NCBI GenBank assembly: GCA_964247055.1 | Contig: OZ176054.1 | Location: forward strand, 6,014,001 to 6,078,000 | Length of the DNA: 64,000 nucleotides | Direction of reading: 5' to 3' | Origin: Paragordius varius | Taxonomy: Eukaryota > Animalia > Nematomorpha | Shown here: positions 39,480-52,655 of the stretch, piece by piece | How the letters are laid out: every line of letters starts with the position of its first letter | Numbering within the stretch: the first letter of the stretch is position 1 | Position numbers and translations under genes: made by a program | Notes under the pieces: model-generated | The model's input: only the letters and a program-made list of their open reading frames with translations | The model's database searches: none | Told to the model about the DNA's origin: nothing

Positions 39480-41990
39480 GCCGAGACAAAAATTGCGCTG
39501 GGCTAAATTTTACTGAAAAACATTTATTAATTTAATATTGGCCTAGGTTGCGGCCATTTGTCGTTATATCCGTATTGGTATTAGATTATCTCTTCGCTTT
39601 TATATTGGTGGATTGATTTTAGAATGTTGTATTATTAAGTGTAGGTTATCTAAATGGAAAAAATGGTACCAAGCGACAACACAAGCACTTTCAATAATTG
39701 CAATTCTGTGGAATTTTTCTAGTAATTTTTGACAATCAGTTTTATGGGATTGGTAGTTAATTATATCAATCAATGAATAAGGTCATAAGGGTTATTATAC
39801 CAACATTTGGTGAATATTGACCAATTTGAGTGTCAAATTATTAGTAAGAACTTTCAAATTCAAAATGAGTGAGGCATTATAATTTATTTATTGTTTTAAA
39901 AGAAATGAGTCAGTTAGAGCAGTGGTTACCAAATGGTAGGCAATTCTAGGAATAATCTAGGGAGAAGGCGCGTGATATTTGGAGATGCATCGTTAAATCT
40001 ATGTTTTAAATGGACATTTAACTTACCAATAAGTATATTTACAGTTCATATAAGCAGTTCCCTTCAGGAAGGGACATTAGAGTCAAAAATTCAACTATTA
40101 AAAATCACTTTGCTTATATATATGAAACTTAATTTTTTCATATTCAAATACATACATTTAAATATTCTAAAATTGTATAATATGAAAATTATATATATAT
40201 ATAAATACACTTTGATTATCGTATATATTGGATTGATCTTATGATAATGGCGAACAAGGTTTTGCTACGTGATTCCTACTAAATTCAAAGAATGTATCAC
40301 AGTTGACAAATATTTCTCTTTTAATTTTTTTCCAAAATTCTTTGTTGAATGCATAAAATGGGACCCGACATCACAGCTGCATTATCATAACTTGACATCT
40401 ACAATTCGATAACTGAATATTATCCATAATTAGATTTTCTAAAACTCCCTTTTCAATCGACATTGCATTTTTGTTATACAACTGAAAAAAACCCAAAAGG
40501 GGATTCTTTTATCAACAACTTTCTCTTTCTCATAATCAATAAACACATACCTGACACTTAAAAATTTGTTCTCGGTGGGCTATATCTGGCGTTGAATCAA
40601 ATATAATATAATATTGATTAACTCTTGAAGCGAAAAGATTTATAAATTCGTTTTGGATTTGAGTGAACATAGGATAAAGTGCAAGGAGATTTAATGTTTC
40701 TCATGTGTTCTCCAATTATTGGGTCAAACTGAGCTGAGAGTTTTATAAAGATAAGATTTAGTGCTGAGTCATATAGATACATTTAACTTTCAACATGTCC
40801 TCGAAAAGGGAGATTTTGGGTAATTATAAATTTTTTGTAGGCCAATATTCGATGTAAAATATTTCGCCATCGATTCTTTACCGATTGTATATGAGCTTCT
40901 AGAGCAGAATCAATTCATGTTTTATTTATTAATCTTTCTGACTCTTTCCAAGTAGTAAATGCTCTCCTATGATTGAGGCTATTTTCATGATGGATTAATT
41001 TATCTTTTTCTCGATTGAGAATGTGGTAAAAAATTAGATTTATCAAAAAGTAGGCAATAAAAAACAATACGCAGATCTGTTCTTTGATGAATAAAAAAGC
41101 CAAAACCTCTCATCAAATCCTTTTTTTACCGACACATCGAAAAAACTAAGATTGGGGCATTGAATGATACTTTTTTGTTTTAAAGATATTGCATTTATTT
41201 TGAAATCTTTGAGATCTACGAATAATCATTTCTGTGCGAAGTTAATTAGATATTACGGGAACATTATTATTAAAAACATTATTATATAGTGCTTGGAATT
41301 ACAAATGGTACATTTGTAGTTTTCCTATTTCTATTTATTGGATCATTAACTAGGGTTTCAGGTGCATTTAAGTTAATATTAAGGGGTACCGTTATGATTG
41401 TGTCGCATATTTTCAGTGTTATGGTCAAATATTTTCGTTTAAGTTCATACTCATTCGCATTTTATTTGTTTTATTCGCTTCCTGGTTTCGTTTCCTATTT
41501 GTGTAACCGCTGAGTTTAGGCATTGATATCTGATGAAAGTGAAAATAATAAAAAATACAGGGCTATATAAATAATAAAAACCTACCTTGTTAGAGATGAA
41601 ATGATATTGGGTTTTAAATAAATAAAATTGGGTTTTGGAATAGAATATGAGTAAAATAAAATTGCAATTAATTATATGAATAATTTTTAAACAGATAGAG
41701 AAGATAATTAAAATGTATGCAATAAAAGGATTAAGAAACGTTTTTTAAGCGAAATAAGTTTGCACGTGTTGAAGGGAATACTACATGGAAGTTGTTTTTC
41801 GCATAATTTTGCTCTTCTCATTTATATAATTTTTATATTATTTTAAGGATTATCACGTGAATTGATGAAAAATTCTACTTAAAAGTTGTTATTATTTTTG
41901 CATAATTTATTTAAATAAAATTTATTTAGGCGCCGCTAAATAACAGCGCCCGGGGCATGATGCATCCCTTCCCCCTTCGTGGAGGGTAAA
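39480..41990 (-). mobile_element. Decayed hAT DNA transposon (ZMYM1/DUF4371-type transposase)
   Basis: Minus-strand fragments HENSLNHRRAFTTW, RWRNILHRI, QNLPFRGH, AQFDPI, IQNEFINL and IFDSTPDIAHREQ with stops and frameshifts. GC-rich subterminal motifs near 41930-41990 and 39480-39555. Ends approximate. Confidence 0.75.
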
Positions 41991-43135
41991 TATAAAAATG
42001 CGCTCTGCCTGAATTCGATACAGAAAAATCATTAATGAAATATTGATTCATGTAAACCACTAATTTGTATAGGGGGTATTTTAGGAGGGGGATGCCCTAT
42101 CAACCAAATTCCAAGGCCATTTGTTTTAATTATTTTTTGAGAAAACGCCATCTTTATAATAGATAACAATTTTAATCAAAGTTCTGAGATTCAGTACAAA
42201 TGAATTTAATAGAAAAAGCGTTACAATATCGTATATGTATAGAGTCTAATCATGCCTCAAAACAGAATGAGTGCGCTTTAACAAAACTTAAAATTAAATT
42301 TTTAAGCAAAACAATTTAGTCGGAAAAAACTTATTTTGCGATGTTAAAATTTTTATTGAACAATCTCGGTATTTTAAAATTTGTTTTAAGAGAACTATAC
42401 CATTATTATAATAAAGCGCATTTGATTTTTAAATAAATTTAGGTTTATCTTTCCATATTCATTTTTTTCCCAATGCCACTAGGGTGACTGCATAAAAAGT
42501 TCAACCTATCCTGTGTGAAAATCAGGTGTTTTATAATAAATTTTTTAATTTTTCAATTGCTAAGTCAAACATATGTGCCGAAAATGACTAAACCATGTTT
42601 AATAAGCTGATTACTGCCTTCCCTAACAACTGAACATTGATTTTAAATGTGATTTTTAACAAACCTGGGGTTACTAGTCTCTCCAATTCGAGGTGTAGGA
42701 CTGTAATAAATGTGTTGTATCTAGGTGTTATAAGTAATACTTTTTTACCAAAACCCAAATTTTAAAAATAAAATTTTTAAATTGATATTCTGAGGTGCGA
42801 GCAGTGTTAAGCATCATCAAATGATATAGAAAAGTGCTTTTATAATATCTGAAAACGTTCTTATACCGTTTCTATCATGGCAAATCAACATTTCTTAGAA
42901 AAATATTTATAGATATTTGGCATATTTTCGATTTTTTGGGCGCAATCTCCTATTTTTTGCGCTTATTTAAAGTCTAGTCCATTTGGGTTAAAGCCCAACT
43001 TTAGAAATCATTTTTTTTTGAAAATATTGTTTTGCTTTAATTTTTATATGGAGTTTATCATGTGTTTTAGTGCTATATTTTGAATTAAAGCATTTAGTTT
43101 TTACTAACGTATGATTAAAAACTTAGAGATTTTGC

Positions 43136-43175
<40 letters not shown>

Positions 43176-43557
43176 ATTTTATATGCAAATGGAATTTTTG
43201 ATAATATTATAAACTTTTTATTTGATGATATTTTACTTATTAACTTTTTCAAATTGGGTAGATACAAAAGAGAATTTTTTTGTAAAAACTCTGCTAAATG
43301 TACAGTAAAAATTGAAATTATACGGACAGGTAAAAATATGAAGAAATATTTTCAAAAGGCATCCATAATTTTTTAAATCTATATTTATAATACAAAAATC
43401 AATCAATTACAATCGTAAAATACATAATTTGTTACCAAATATCTCTATTTTATATTTTGCAGTTTAAAACCGACACTTAAAAATAAGATTCAAAAAGTAT
43501 TTATTTTTATAAATTTTGTCGGTATAATTTCAATTTTTACTTATATTAAATGCATAA

Positions 43558-43809
43558 AATACATCAAGTTAGTTAACCTTAGACGAGACCAATTTATATA
43601 TTAGATTTGAATACGTTTTGATGACCTTTTATATATGAGTTAAACTATTGTATCAATTTTGTATTGAACCTGCACACGTTATTTTACCTTGGTTTAACAT
43701 GCATATATTATATCCACAAAAGTATATAAACATTGCAAACTGTATATTTTAGTTTTTTGCATTTTATCTCAATAAATCTTATTGTTTTACGGTTTCTCGA
43801 TTTACTACA
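43558..43809 (+). repeat. 5' LTR (first ~11 bp missing relative to the 3' LTR)
   Basis: Matches 47581-47834 except for 3 substitutions and one 2-bp indel; ends ...TTACTACA. Confidence 0.93.
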
Positions 43810-43849
43810 TTTGGCGCGGTCGATTTTTTTTTCCTCATTACATTCGCGC

Positions 43850-46800
43850 ATGGAGAAATTAAGTCTGGAAGCCTATGATCCCGCAACTAGCTTTGATGAT
43901 TATATCGATTATATAAAGAGAATGTTAAAAGTGAAATTAATTCCAGAAGATGACGAAACAAAAAAAACTTATTATTGGCCTACATTGGTCTATCGCATAT
44001 TCCAAAGTTGAGGAAATTCTTTTATCCCGTACTGTTAGAGGAAGTGGGCTGGGATGCTTTGGTAGCAGCTGAGAAAAAATATTTGCTCCGACATACAATG
44101 TGTTTGCCGCCAGGTTCCAGTTTACGCAACTCCGAAGGGAAGCCACGGAATCAGTGATGGATTTTTTGATTCGAGTAAAGGAATGTGCTGCCCGGTGCAA
44201 CTTTGGGCAAGATGCAATGCTAAGAATCAGAGATGGGTTTGCGGGAGGGTTACAACTCAAAAGATTGGTGTTCACAAAATTTCCAGATGCAATGGTTGAT
44301 GGGAAACCGGTTACGTTGGAGATGGTGGTAGAAATGGCAATGGCGTACGAAAAGGCGGACAGTTGTTTGGTTGATCAGGGTCCCGACAATAAGCAGGTTA
44401 TGATGATAAGAAAAAAATGTGGAAAATGTGGATACGTGTATGCGATCAACTGGTGTCCCGCTTCAAACAAGGAGTGTTACCGATGCAAAGGACGTGGTCA
44501 TTTTGGCAGGTGTTGCCGGCGCGTTAATATACTGAATGGTAACAATAATAATAATGAAGCCCGAACGCAAGCAAGTCTGAATGGCCATTGGGTGAGGATG
44601 TTGCACGATACCGGAGCTCAAATATCATTGATTGGGAAGAGCACGTGGATGGAGATTGGAAGGCCGACTTTAGCACCCGCGGGTCCAATAGTTGGGTTCA
44701 ACCATCAAGGTACAGCGGTGATGGGACAATGTGTGGTAGATGTGAAATGGAATGGTATGGTCAAACAGTTGGAATGTATGGTTACTAGGAATGATTGGGG
44801 TAACATTTTTGGGTTACCATGGATGAAAAGCTTTGAATGCAGATTTCCAGAGGCTGTATGTGTAAAAAATGTTAATTACGTGGATTTGAATAAATTTAAG
44901 GATTTGTTTTGTGAGGGTATGGGGTGGTACACGGACTAACCATCAAGTTGTTTCTCAAAAAGGGAGTATCCCCAAAAGATTTGCAGCCAGGAGGGTACCT
45001 ATTCCGCTTCAGTCTAAGGTGGAGAGTGAATTAAAGAGGCTTGAAAGTCTGGGTATTATAGAGTCGATAAACCCCTCGCAAACACGAATTGACTGGGTAA
45101 CTCCGTTGGTGATAGTTAAAAAGAATGATAATGATATTCGCATATGTGGTGATTTTAGACTTACTTTAAACCCAAGTCTGGTTCCTGTACATCATCTGAT
45201 TCCTGATCAGTTAGTGTTTAAAATCGGGCAAGGAAAAGTTTTTACGACTTTAGATCTAAAAGAAGCTTACTGGCAAATGCCGATACACCAAGATTATCAA
45301 CATTTACTCACGTTTTGTTCACATATAGGCCTTTTTCGATTTAAGAGACTGCCATTTGGAATATCTAGTGCACCCACGATATTTCAACAAATTATGGATG
45401 AGTTATTAAAGGATTGTCCAGGTTCAGCGGTTTACTTAGGTGATGTAATTGTTAGTGGAACAACGGTAATGGAGCATAAGGATAATTTAGAAAAAGTGTT
45501 GAACAAATTAGCTGCTGTGGGTTTGAAATTAAAAAAGGATAAAATCCAATTAGCTCGTTCCTCAGTGTCATATTTAGGATTTATAATTTCAGACAAAGGT
45601 ATTAAACCTGACAACGAAAAAGTAAAAGCAATTTTGAATTGTCCTACACCTACCAATAAAACATCACTTCGGTCTTTTTTGGGAATGTTAAATTTTCACG
45701 CTCGTTTTATTCCATCTTTGCATGCTACAATTGTGGACTTACATGCGCTTACAGGTTCTAAGAAATGGTGTTGGTCGACAAAAGAAGAGAGGGTTTTTGA
45801 TAATGCTAAACTGTTGGTGAGTAATGCATTATGTCTAATACCGTTTAACCCGAACCTTCCGTTAGTGTTGGAAACAGATGCATCGAATGACGGATTCGTA
45901 GCAGTCTTATCACATATGACAAGTGAGGGAAAACGGCCGATAGCTTTTGCGTCTTGAAAATGTGCGAAGGCAGAACAACATTTCTCGGTAATTGAAAAAG
46001 AAGCAAGGGCAATTTTATATGCGCTAGAAAAATTTAAAATGTTTGTGTATGGCAGAAAGTTCGTATTATTAACCGATCATAAACCCCTGATCAAGTTGTT
46101 TGGCTTTAAGAGAGATCTAAGTAATATTAACAATAGTAGATTAGTAAGATGGATACTCAGAACAGCCGATTATAATTTTACTATACAATATATTAATGGT
46201 TCGGAAAATTTAGTGTATTGGTTATCTCGTCTACCGTATGAAGAACCGACTGAGGAAGTTGAGGAGCAACCCAGGCAAATCAACTTTCTAACAACTGACA
46301 ACTTAAGCGTACAGCGAATGAAAGAAAATACTTTACGGGATGAGTTTTTGATGGTAAAATCGGCTCTACATCATAATGATTGGTCAGCTCCAATTTTAAA
46401 TTCGATATTGAGTATAAGAAACGAAATACAAGAATCATATGGGTTGTTGTATTGGGGTGATCGTCTGTTTATTCCCAGGGCGTTGCGAAATGAAACGTTA
46501 AAATTTTTGCATGTTGGACATTCGGGGGCTAATATAATGAAAGAGTCTGCCAAGGCTAGGGTTTATTGGCCAGGTAAAACCAAGATATTGAAAGTTATGT
46601 GAGATCTTGTATGGGGTGTCAGTTAAACAGGAGTAACATAAAAAGTAATCCAACGTACAAATGGAATTTTAATACGAGTATCTGGGAAAGAATACATCTT
46701 GATATTGCCGGTCCTATAGATGGGTTGTATTGGTTAGTAGCTATCGATAGTAACTCCAGATGGGTTTAAGTCGAATTGCTAAGAACTGTTAATTCTGCAA

Positions 46801-47562
46801 ACATACTACATTGGTTGGAAATATGGTGTGTAAGGTACGGGTTTCCCCGAATGATAGTTACCGATAATGCATCATATTTTGCATCGAAAGATTTTAAAGA
46901 TACCTTGCAACGAGCAAACATCAAACATGTCACTAGTGCCCCCTATCATCCACAAACAAATGGGCTGGTGGAACGGGTCATTTACACCTTAAAAGCACAG
47001 TACAAATCGTTAACGGATTCTAAGCTGACTCCTGACAAAAAAATAAACCAAGTGTTATGGGGTTATCGCTCCGCCGTACATAGCGCCACAAAAGAGTGCC
47101 CGTATAATTTATTTCTGAAAAGACATCAATACCCCCTTCTCTTGGGTTAGGGAAACACCCGCACAACAATTAGAGGACGACATAATTCCCAACAAAGTTT
47201 TTAGACCGGACGAAGAAGTGTACATAAAGAATGAAATCAATTCAGGGTGGAGAAAAGGTTGAACAGGGGTACTTTCGTACACGTTTAAAGATGGAAATCT
47301 AACACTTCGCAAGCATGCGGATCAATTACGGCCGACCGGAGTCGAGAACGGCGTTGAGGAGGATGATAATTTAACGATAAACCAAACAGATGAAGAGATG
47401 ACAACCGATAATCGGCAGGTGGGGGAGGAACCAATCAAAGAAAAAGAAAACGAGAAAGACATCCAGGTTGAAATAAGAACGGAAAAGACAGCTGAGAAAG
47501 AACCTGAAAGGAGATATCCTCTTAGGGAAAAAAAAGCACCAGATCGGCTCGGATTTGGATAA
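43850..47562 (+). pseudogene. gag-pol of the Gypsy element, with frameshifts and stop codons
   Basis: Double zinc knuckle CGKCG..CPA..CYRC..GHF, protease LHDTGA, RT LDLKEAY / RLPFG / YLGD, RNase H ETDAS / LLTDHKPL, integrase VTDNA / HPQTNGLVER. Confidence 0.9.
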
Positions 47563-47569
47563 GGAGATA

Positions 47570-47834
47570 TGATAGATTAGAATACATCAAGTTAGTTAAC
47601 CTTAGACGAGACCAATTTATATATTAGATTTGAATGCATTTTGATGACCTTTTATATATGAGTTAAACTATTGTATCAATTTTGTATTTAACCTGCACAC
47701 GTTATTTTACCTTGGTTTAACATGCATATATTATATCCACAAAAGTATATAAACATTGCAAACTGTATATAGTTTAGTTTTTTGCATTTTATCTCAATAA
47801 ATCTTATTGTTTTACGGTTTCTCGATTTACTACA
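47570..47834 (+). repeat. 3' LTR (TG...CA, 265 bp)
   Basis: Begins TGATAG after AAGGAGATA and ends TACA. Confidence 0.93.
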
Positions 47835-49086
47835 AAACGCTAATTCTTACCATTAAAACATGTTAATTAAATTTTTTCAAATATAATGTTAGTTATAAAT
47901 TAATAACAATAATTTATTGTTATATTTTAACATCCATAAAAAATGACTAGCAAAACATGAAGCAGTTGGGAGATATATTCACCGGAAATTCGTGGTAGAC
48001 ACTGGGGTAGATAATTTTTCGATCGAAAAAAGTAGTGCAAAATATAAAAACAACTATTGCGTGATAATTCTGGTGCAGCTTAAAATAATAGGTAGAAAAT
48101 ACTCTTTATGTATTATACCTCAAAACATTATGCTAATGGGATAAAATAATTGGTCCTTAAAGGGCAAATAATTTCATCAACTTAGAGATAGGTACCTGAC
48201 TTTAAAAAAATCTATAATATTTTAATTTTAACATACGTGCCAATGAATTAATAATAAGAAATACATGTTGTTGGTTGTTTATCTTTTTGGTGACTAATTT
48301 CATAAATTTTTGAAAACGATCAAAGCAATTTTCGTAATATTTGGGCTGGCAAAAAATATTACATTTATAAGCGAAAGACTTGACTTAAGTGTTTTGATTA
48401 TAGACCTAGTGTACACATGCTGGCTTAAGTAAACTTGCTCAACTTGCCTCGCTTGATTTGCAAGCCAAATGCGACTTTTATATTAACCCAATCACGGTCT
48501 GGAGTCCCTAATGCTCTGAATCTAATTCTTAAAGTTTATAGGTTAGAGTTTGTAACCATGATATAAATTTGTTTGCCTCTTCTATTAGCAAAAAGGGGAT
48601 TAAAAAGTTTGAGATTAGGATTTTAATTTTACACTTGTTATTTTTTTAGAATGCGCCTAAAATGCTAATAAATATTATTAATATGGTCTATCTTATATAC
48701 TTATAAGATATTTAAATAGCAAGGCGTAAAACTACCCCAAAAGGTAATGGTTAAGTGGAAGCGACGGACAATTCATAACGAATGTGTATATAAAATACTG
48801 TTTGATATTAATTGTCCAGTAAAACATCATATTTACTAATTAACTCAATAATCGACAAATTTGATAATCTAACTAAGCTTTAATCATTGTTGCCACTTTA
48901 AAAATTATAAATCTCATTTTAGAGTGACGGTAGGCAAGCTTGTTTCACCCTTTTTCTGGGTACCTGAGTACCATATATAATTTTTCAACTAAAAGAAATT
49001 TCAAATAATGAAGCTATACCTATCAATACCTTAATAGTAATTTATTTTAATTTAAAGTAAAAAGTATTTTACCAAACAATGGGTTT

Positions 49087-49906
49087 ATGAACGCATTAAA
49101 TTTTACATGCTTATTTATGGAGCACGTTTTAAGAATCTTGTCCTTGTTAGTGGTTATAATATCAGTAGTTCCCGGGTCAAGTAATTTTTTTATTATACTC
49201 AGATTTGTTTTCATGGCATCCCACATTAATGGCATTATCAGTATTTTAAATTTAAATTTTAGTTCCTGATTTTAATGCCAGAAGCCATATCTATTTTGCA
49301 AAATAAAAAACTAAGGTTTCTAAATGTAAATACATTAGATATGAATCATGTGTATCCTATGTTTTGAAAAGCCGAAATATATTTATGCATGGTTTTATAC
49401 AAGGTCTAGCATTATTTTTGAGTTTATTGGGATTTATTGCGATTTATGTCAATAAAAATCTTAACAATAAAAATCATTTTACAACTTGGCACGGAAAAAT
49501 TGGATTGACTTTAATAATATTCACAATTTTGAATTTTGTTTGCGGAATTACATTACGATATATAAAAGATATTGTGGGATTTGCTAACAAGATATGGAAG
49601 CGAAATTTTGATGTCAAATTCATTCGTAAATTTTTGAAGAAACAACATATTTATGTATTTACAATTATAATGAATCTTGCTGGTATTTGTTTGTTTTTGA
49701 TTGGGTTCTCAAATTGGATACAGCAATTCTCCACACAGAATCTGAATAATAATATATTGCAAAATATATTATGGTATTTAATTCAATGCAATTTTTATAT
49801 TTATCCTTTTTACTTAATTTATTATGCTACCAGTTTGTATGCAAATAGTATATTTATGGCGATACTCAATCCTCAATTTTTTAGCATAGGCAAAAACATT
49901 CAATAA
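49087..49906 (+). CDS. CYB561D2: Cytochrome b561 domain-containing protein (CYB561D type), 250 aa, 4 exons
   Basis: Exons 49087-49180, 49203-49240, 49263-49315, 49339-49906; introns 22, 22, 23 nt. Motifs FSWHPTLM, MPEAI, MHGFIQ, HFTTWHGKIG, KKQH, with hydrophobic helices. The D1 versus D2 assignment is not resolved. Confidence 0.82.
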
Positions 49907-52402
49907 ATATTGATGATATTTCTTGGCGTTCTTACATTTAATAACACTGCTCAACAAGGTTTTGTATCACCCATTTTTTGCAATTTCTGTTTCCTAATGG
50001 CATGGAAAGGCCAAACAAAAAAAATGAGGCGGCCAATAGGGTTTTTTTAAAATTTAATTTTAAATTTTGTATTTAATTTTAAAAAACAATTATTCCTCGT
50101 GTACATTTATTTATATATTTCAAGTAAATACAAGTATTTCAAAACCAGGTTTTTCATTATAATTTTAGAACGAAAATGTAATGATCCAAATATACCAGCC
50201 CCAGTATACGATACGACAGAAGATTTTTATTAACGAAGATTCTACAGAAAATGTTATTGGAGATCCATATAATAGAATTTTATAAAAATGTCGTCGATCT
50301 TTATATTTAAATATAAACTGCTCGTTGCTTGTTATTTACGAGAAATACATCTTATCGAGCGGGCTTGTTATTCGACAAAGAAATAGACAATATACAATAA
50401 ATAAATATCAATTTATTGAATAAGGTAATTAAAAATTTTATGTATTAAATAAATGATACAAAATTAATATAGAATTAAATTATATTGCTTAGAGCCAAAG
50501 AGTATTAAAAATCTAAAATATCAAAAATCGAAAAGAGCTAATATATGGTGTGTGGTATGATATCGCGGCGGCTTGCACAAGCTCTGCAAAAATGCCCTAT
50601 GCAATCCTATAATCATGCCATATATGGCAAAAGTATACAATGATGAGGCGATTAAAGCCCGGTAGCAGAGACCTCCAATATAACGTAGTTAACTTCGGCA
50701 AAATCTAAAATTGACATGTCAAATAAACCAGTTCACAGAATAGAGTTAGAAAGATTAGATAAGTTTAATTCATATTATTGCGTTCATAAAATTATAATAG
50801 GATCCAGATAATAAAAGTGGCTGCCGAACATCCATCTGTTCAAATTATAACGCAGCTAATTTAAAAATAATAATATCCACCAGATATAATTAACATGATT
50901 TTTTGTAAGAATCAACCGAAGAGAACCCTAATAAGTACTAAAAATAACCAATACTAACAAAACGAATATAGCCTATCTAAAAGCAGAAGGTTTAAACTAC
51001 AACTCTATTTTTGTATTTTTTAAAATAAATTTATACGTGTTTAAAATTACCTTAAGAAAAAGGACTAATTTGATGTTTATATCCGTACTATTTTTTTCTC
51101 CCTAATATTTAAATTACATATTTATATTCAAAAGATAGAGTTAAAACGCTTTATTAGATGATATTAATTATATAATATAATAACTTTTTATTATAACGTT
51201 ATATTCAATTTTCTCTCGATTTTCTTTTGTTTTTGAAAAATTGAAAAACTCATAATATCTCAAAATTCTGATTGGGGGGATCAAAATTTTTTTCAGATTC
51301 GGTTTTAGAACACCGAAATTAGTCATTAAAATTTTGAGTTGTGGTGCTCAAAAATGTCCAAATTTGTGGACTAGTGTACTATTTTTATATTTTTTATTTG
51401 ACTAAAATTATTTTTAAAAACGTAACATTTTAATATAAAATATATTTTAATAAAACAGATAAATATATTGTTATTCAGTTTATATTATTATACACAAAAT
51501 TAATTATCACATATTTAACCTGCTTCTAATAACCTATATTTATGTAAAATAAACTTTAAATAAATGTGCGGACAAGGATTTCATGCTTATGTTCCATTAA
51601 TTTATGTATTTTGCCATACGGAAATTTTTTGAGAATTACACAACGTGTTAGATTTATTTTTTTATGTTGATTACTATGGCAGTATTAATGAGTTTGATTT
51701 AGTTAATGACAGCGACCATGCTTACGTATGTCTGCCTACTTATAATTTCGATTTTTTAGTTATATCTTGGATAAATGATTTAAAATTTTATAGCTTAATG
51801 GACGCTAATTTTGTGATACTAAAAATCGCCGTTATATTTATTACTTTCTGCCTAAGAGTGTGCCCCTTATGATCTCATATCATAATATTTGTCCAGGTTA
51901 AAAATAATTTGACAAGCATAAAATCACTTTTCTGTCATATCGAAAAAGTGCAAACTTCGGTATTTAAGTCTTGTTTCTTTGATAGGATATAAAAATAAGT
52001 ATGAAAAATAAATCGATTAATCCACCTTTCATTAACACGAGCTAATGCTTAATATTGGCTATTTTCGCAAAAACTAGACAGAGACAGACTTAACAGACTG
52101 AACCATAACCGAATGCCTCATTGTTCTTGTCAGAACATAGGCATGTTATTGGTAATATCACAAGATTATCAAAAAAACTCCTGCAATTTTACAAATTGCA
52201 AACAACAATTATATGATTTTATGCAACTAATTGGTTTTTGGTGAAATCTATACTCCTAGTCAACATTGATTTACTCAACCATAAAAGAGAATCATTTATT
52301 AAAACTTCATGACCTTTTCACTTTTTTGTCCGCGATAAAATATTGGGTAGTTTCATATCCCGGAAATTAATCGTGTAAATAACTGTTTTGACTTTAAATA
52401 CC

Positions 52403-52655
52403 ATTCACCTTGAACAATTTAAATCACCCTCGAACAATTTGAATTCACCCTAAAATAAATTATATTTTTTTAGGATGAAAAAATAACTATGTCGTAAACA
52501 GATAGTTCATATTAATGAGGAGTTATATTGGTCCGAAAACACATAATTTATTTTTAGAGTGAATTTGAATTGTTCAGAGGGGAATTCGAATTGTTCGAGG
52601 GTGAATATGAATTGTTCAAGGGAGAATTTGATTTGTTCATGGTTGAAATTGGAAG
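52403..52655. repeat. Inverted pair of 21-bp tandem arrays (unit ~GAATTGTTCGAGGGTGAATTT); probable relic of a second foldback family
   Basis: 52403-52464 is the reverse complement of units at 52544-52655. Confidence 0.65.

Larger units (their letters stand above)
43558..47834 (+). mobile_element. Ty3/Gypsy LTR retrotransposon (Mag-like), full length but defective
   Basis: LTRs 43558-43809 and 47570-47834; PBS-like TGGCGCGGTCG after the 5' LTR; purine tract before the 3' LTR; gene order gag, protease, RT, RNase H, integrase. Confidence 0.95.
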
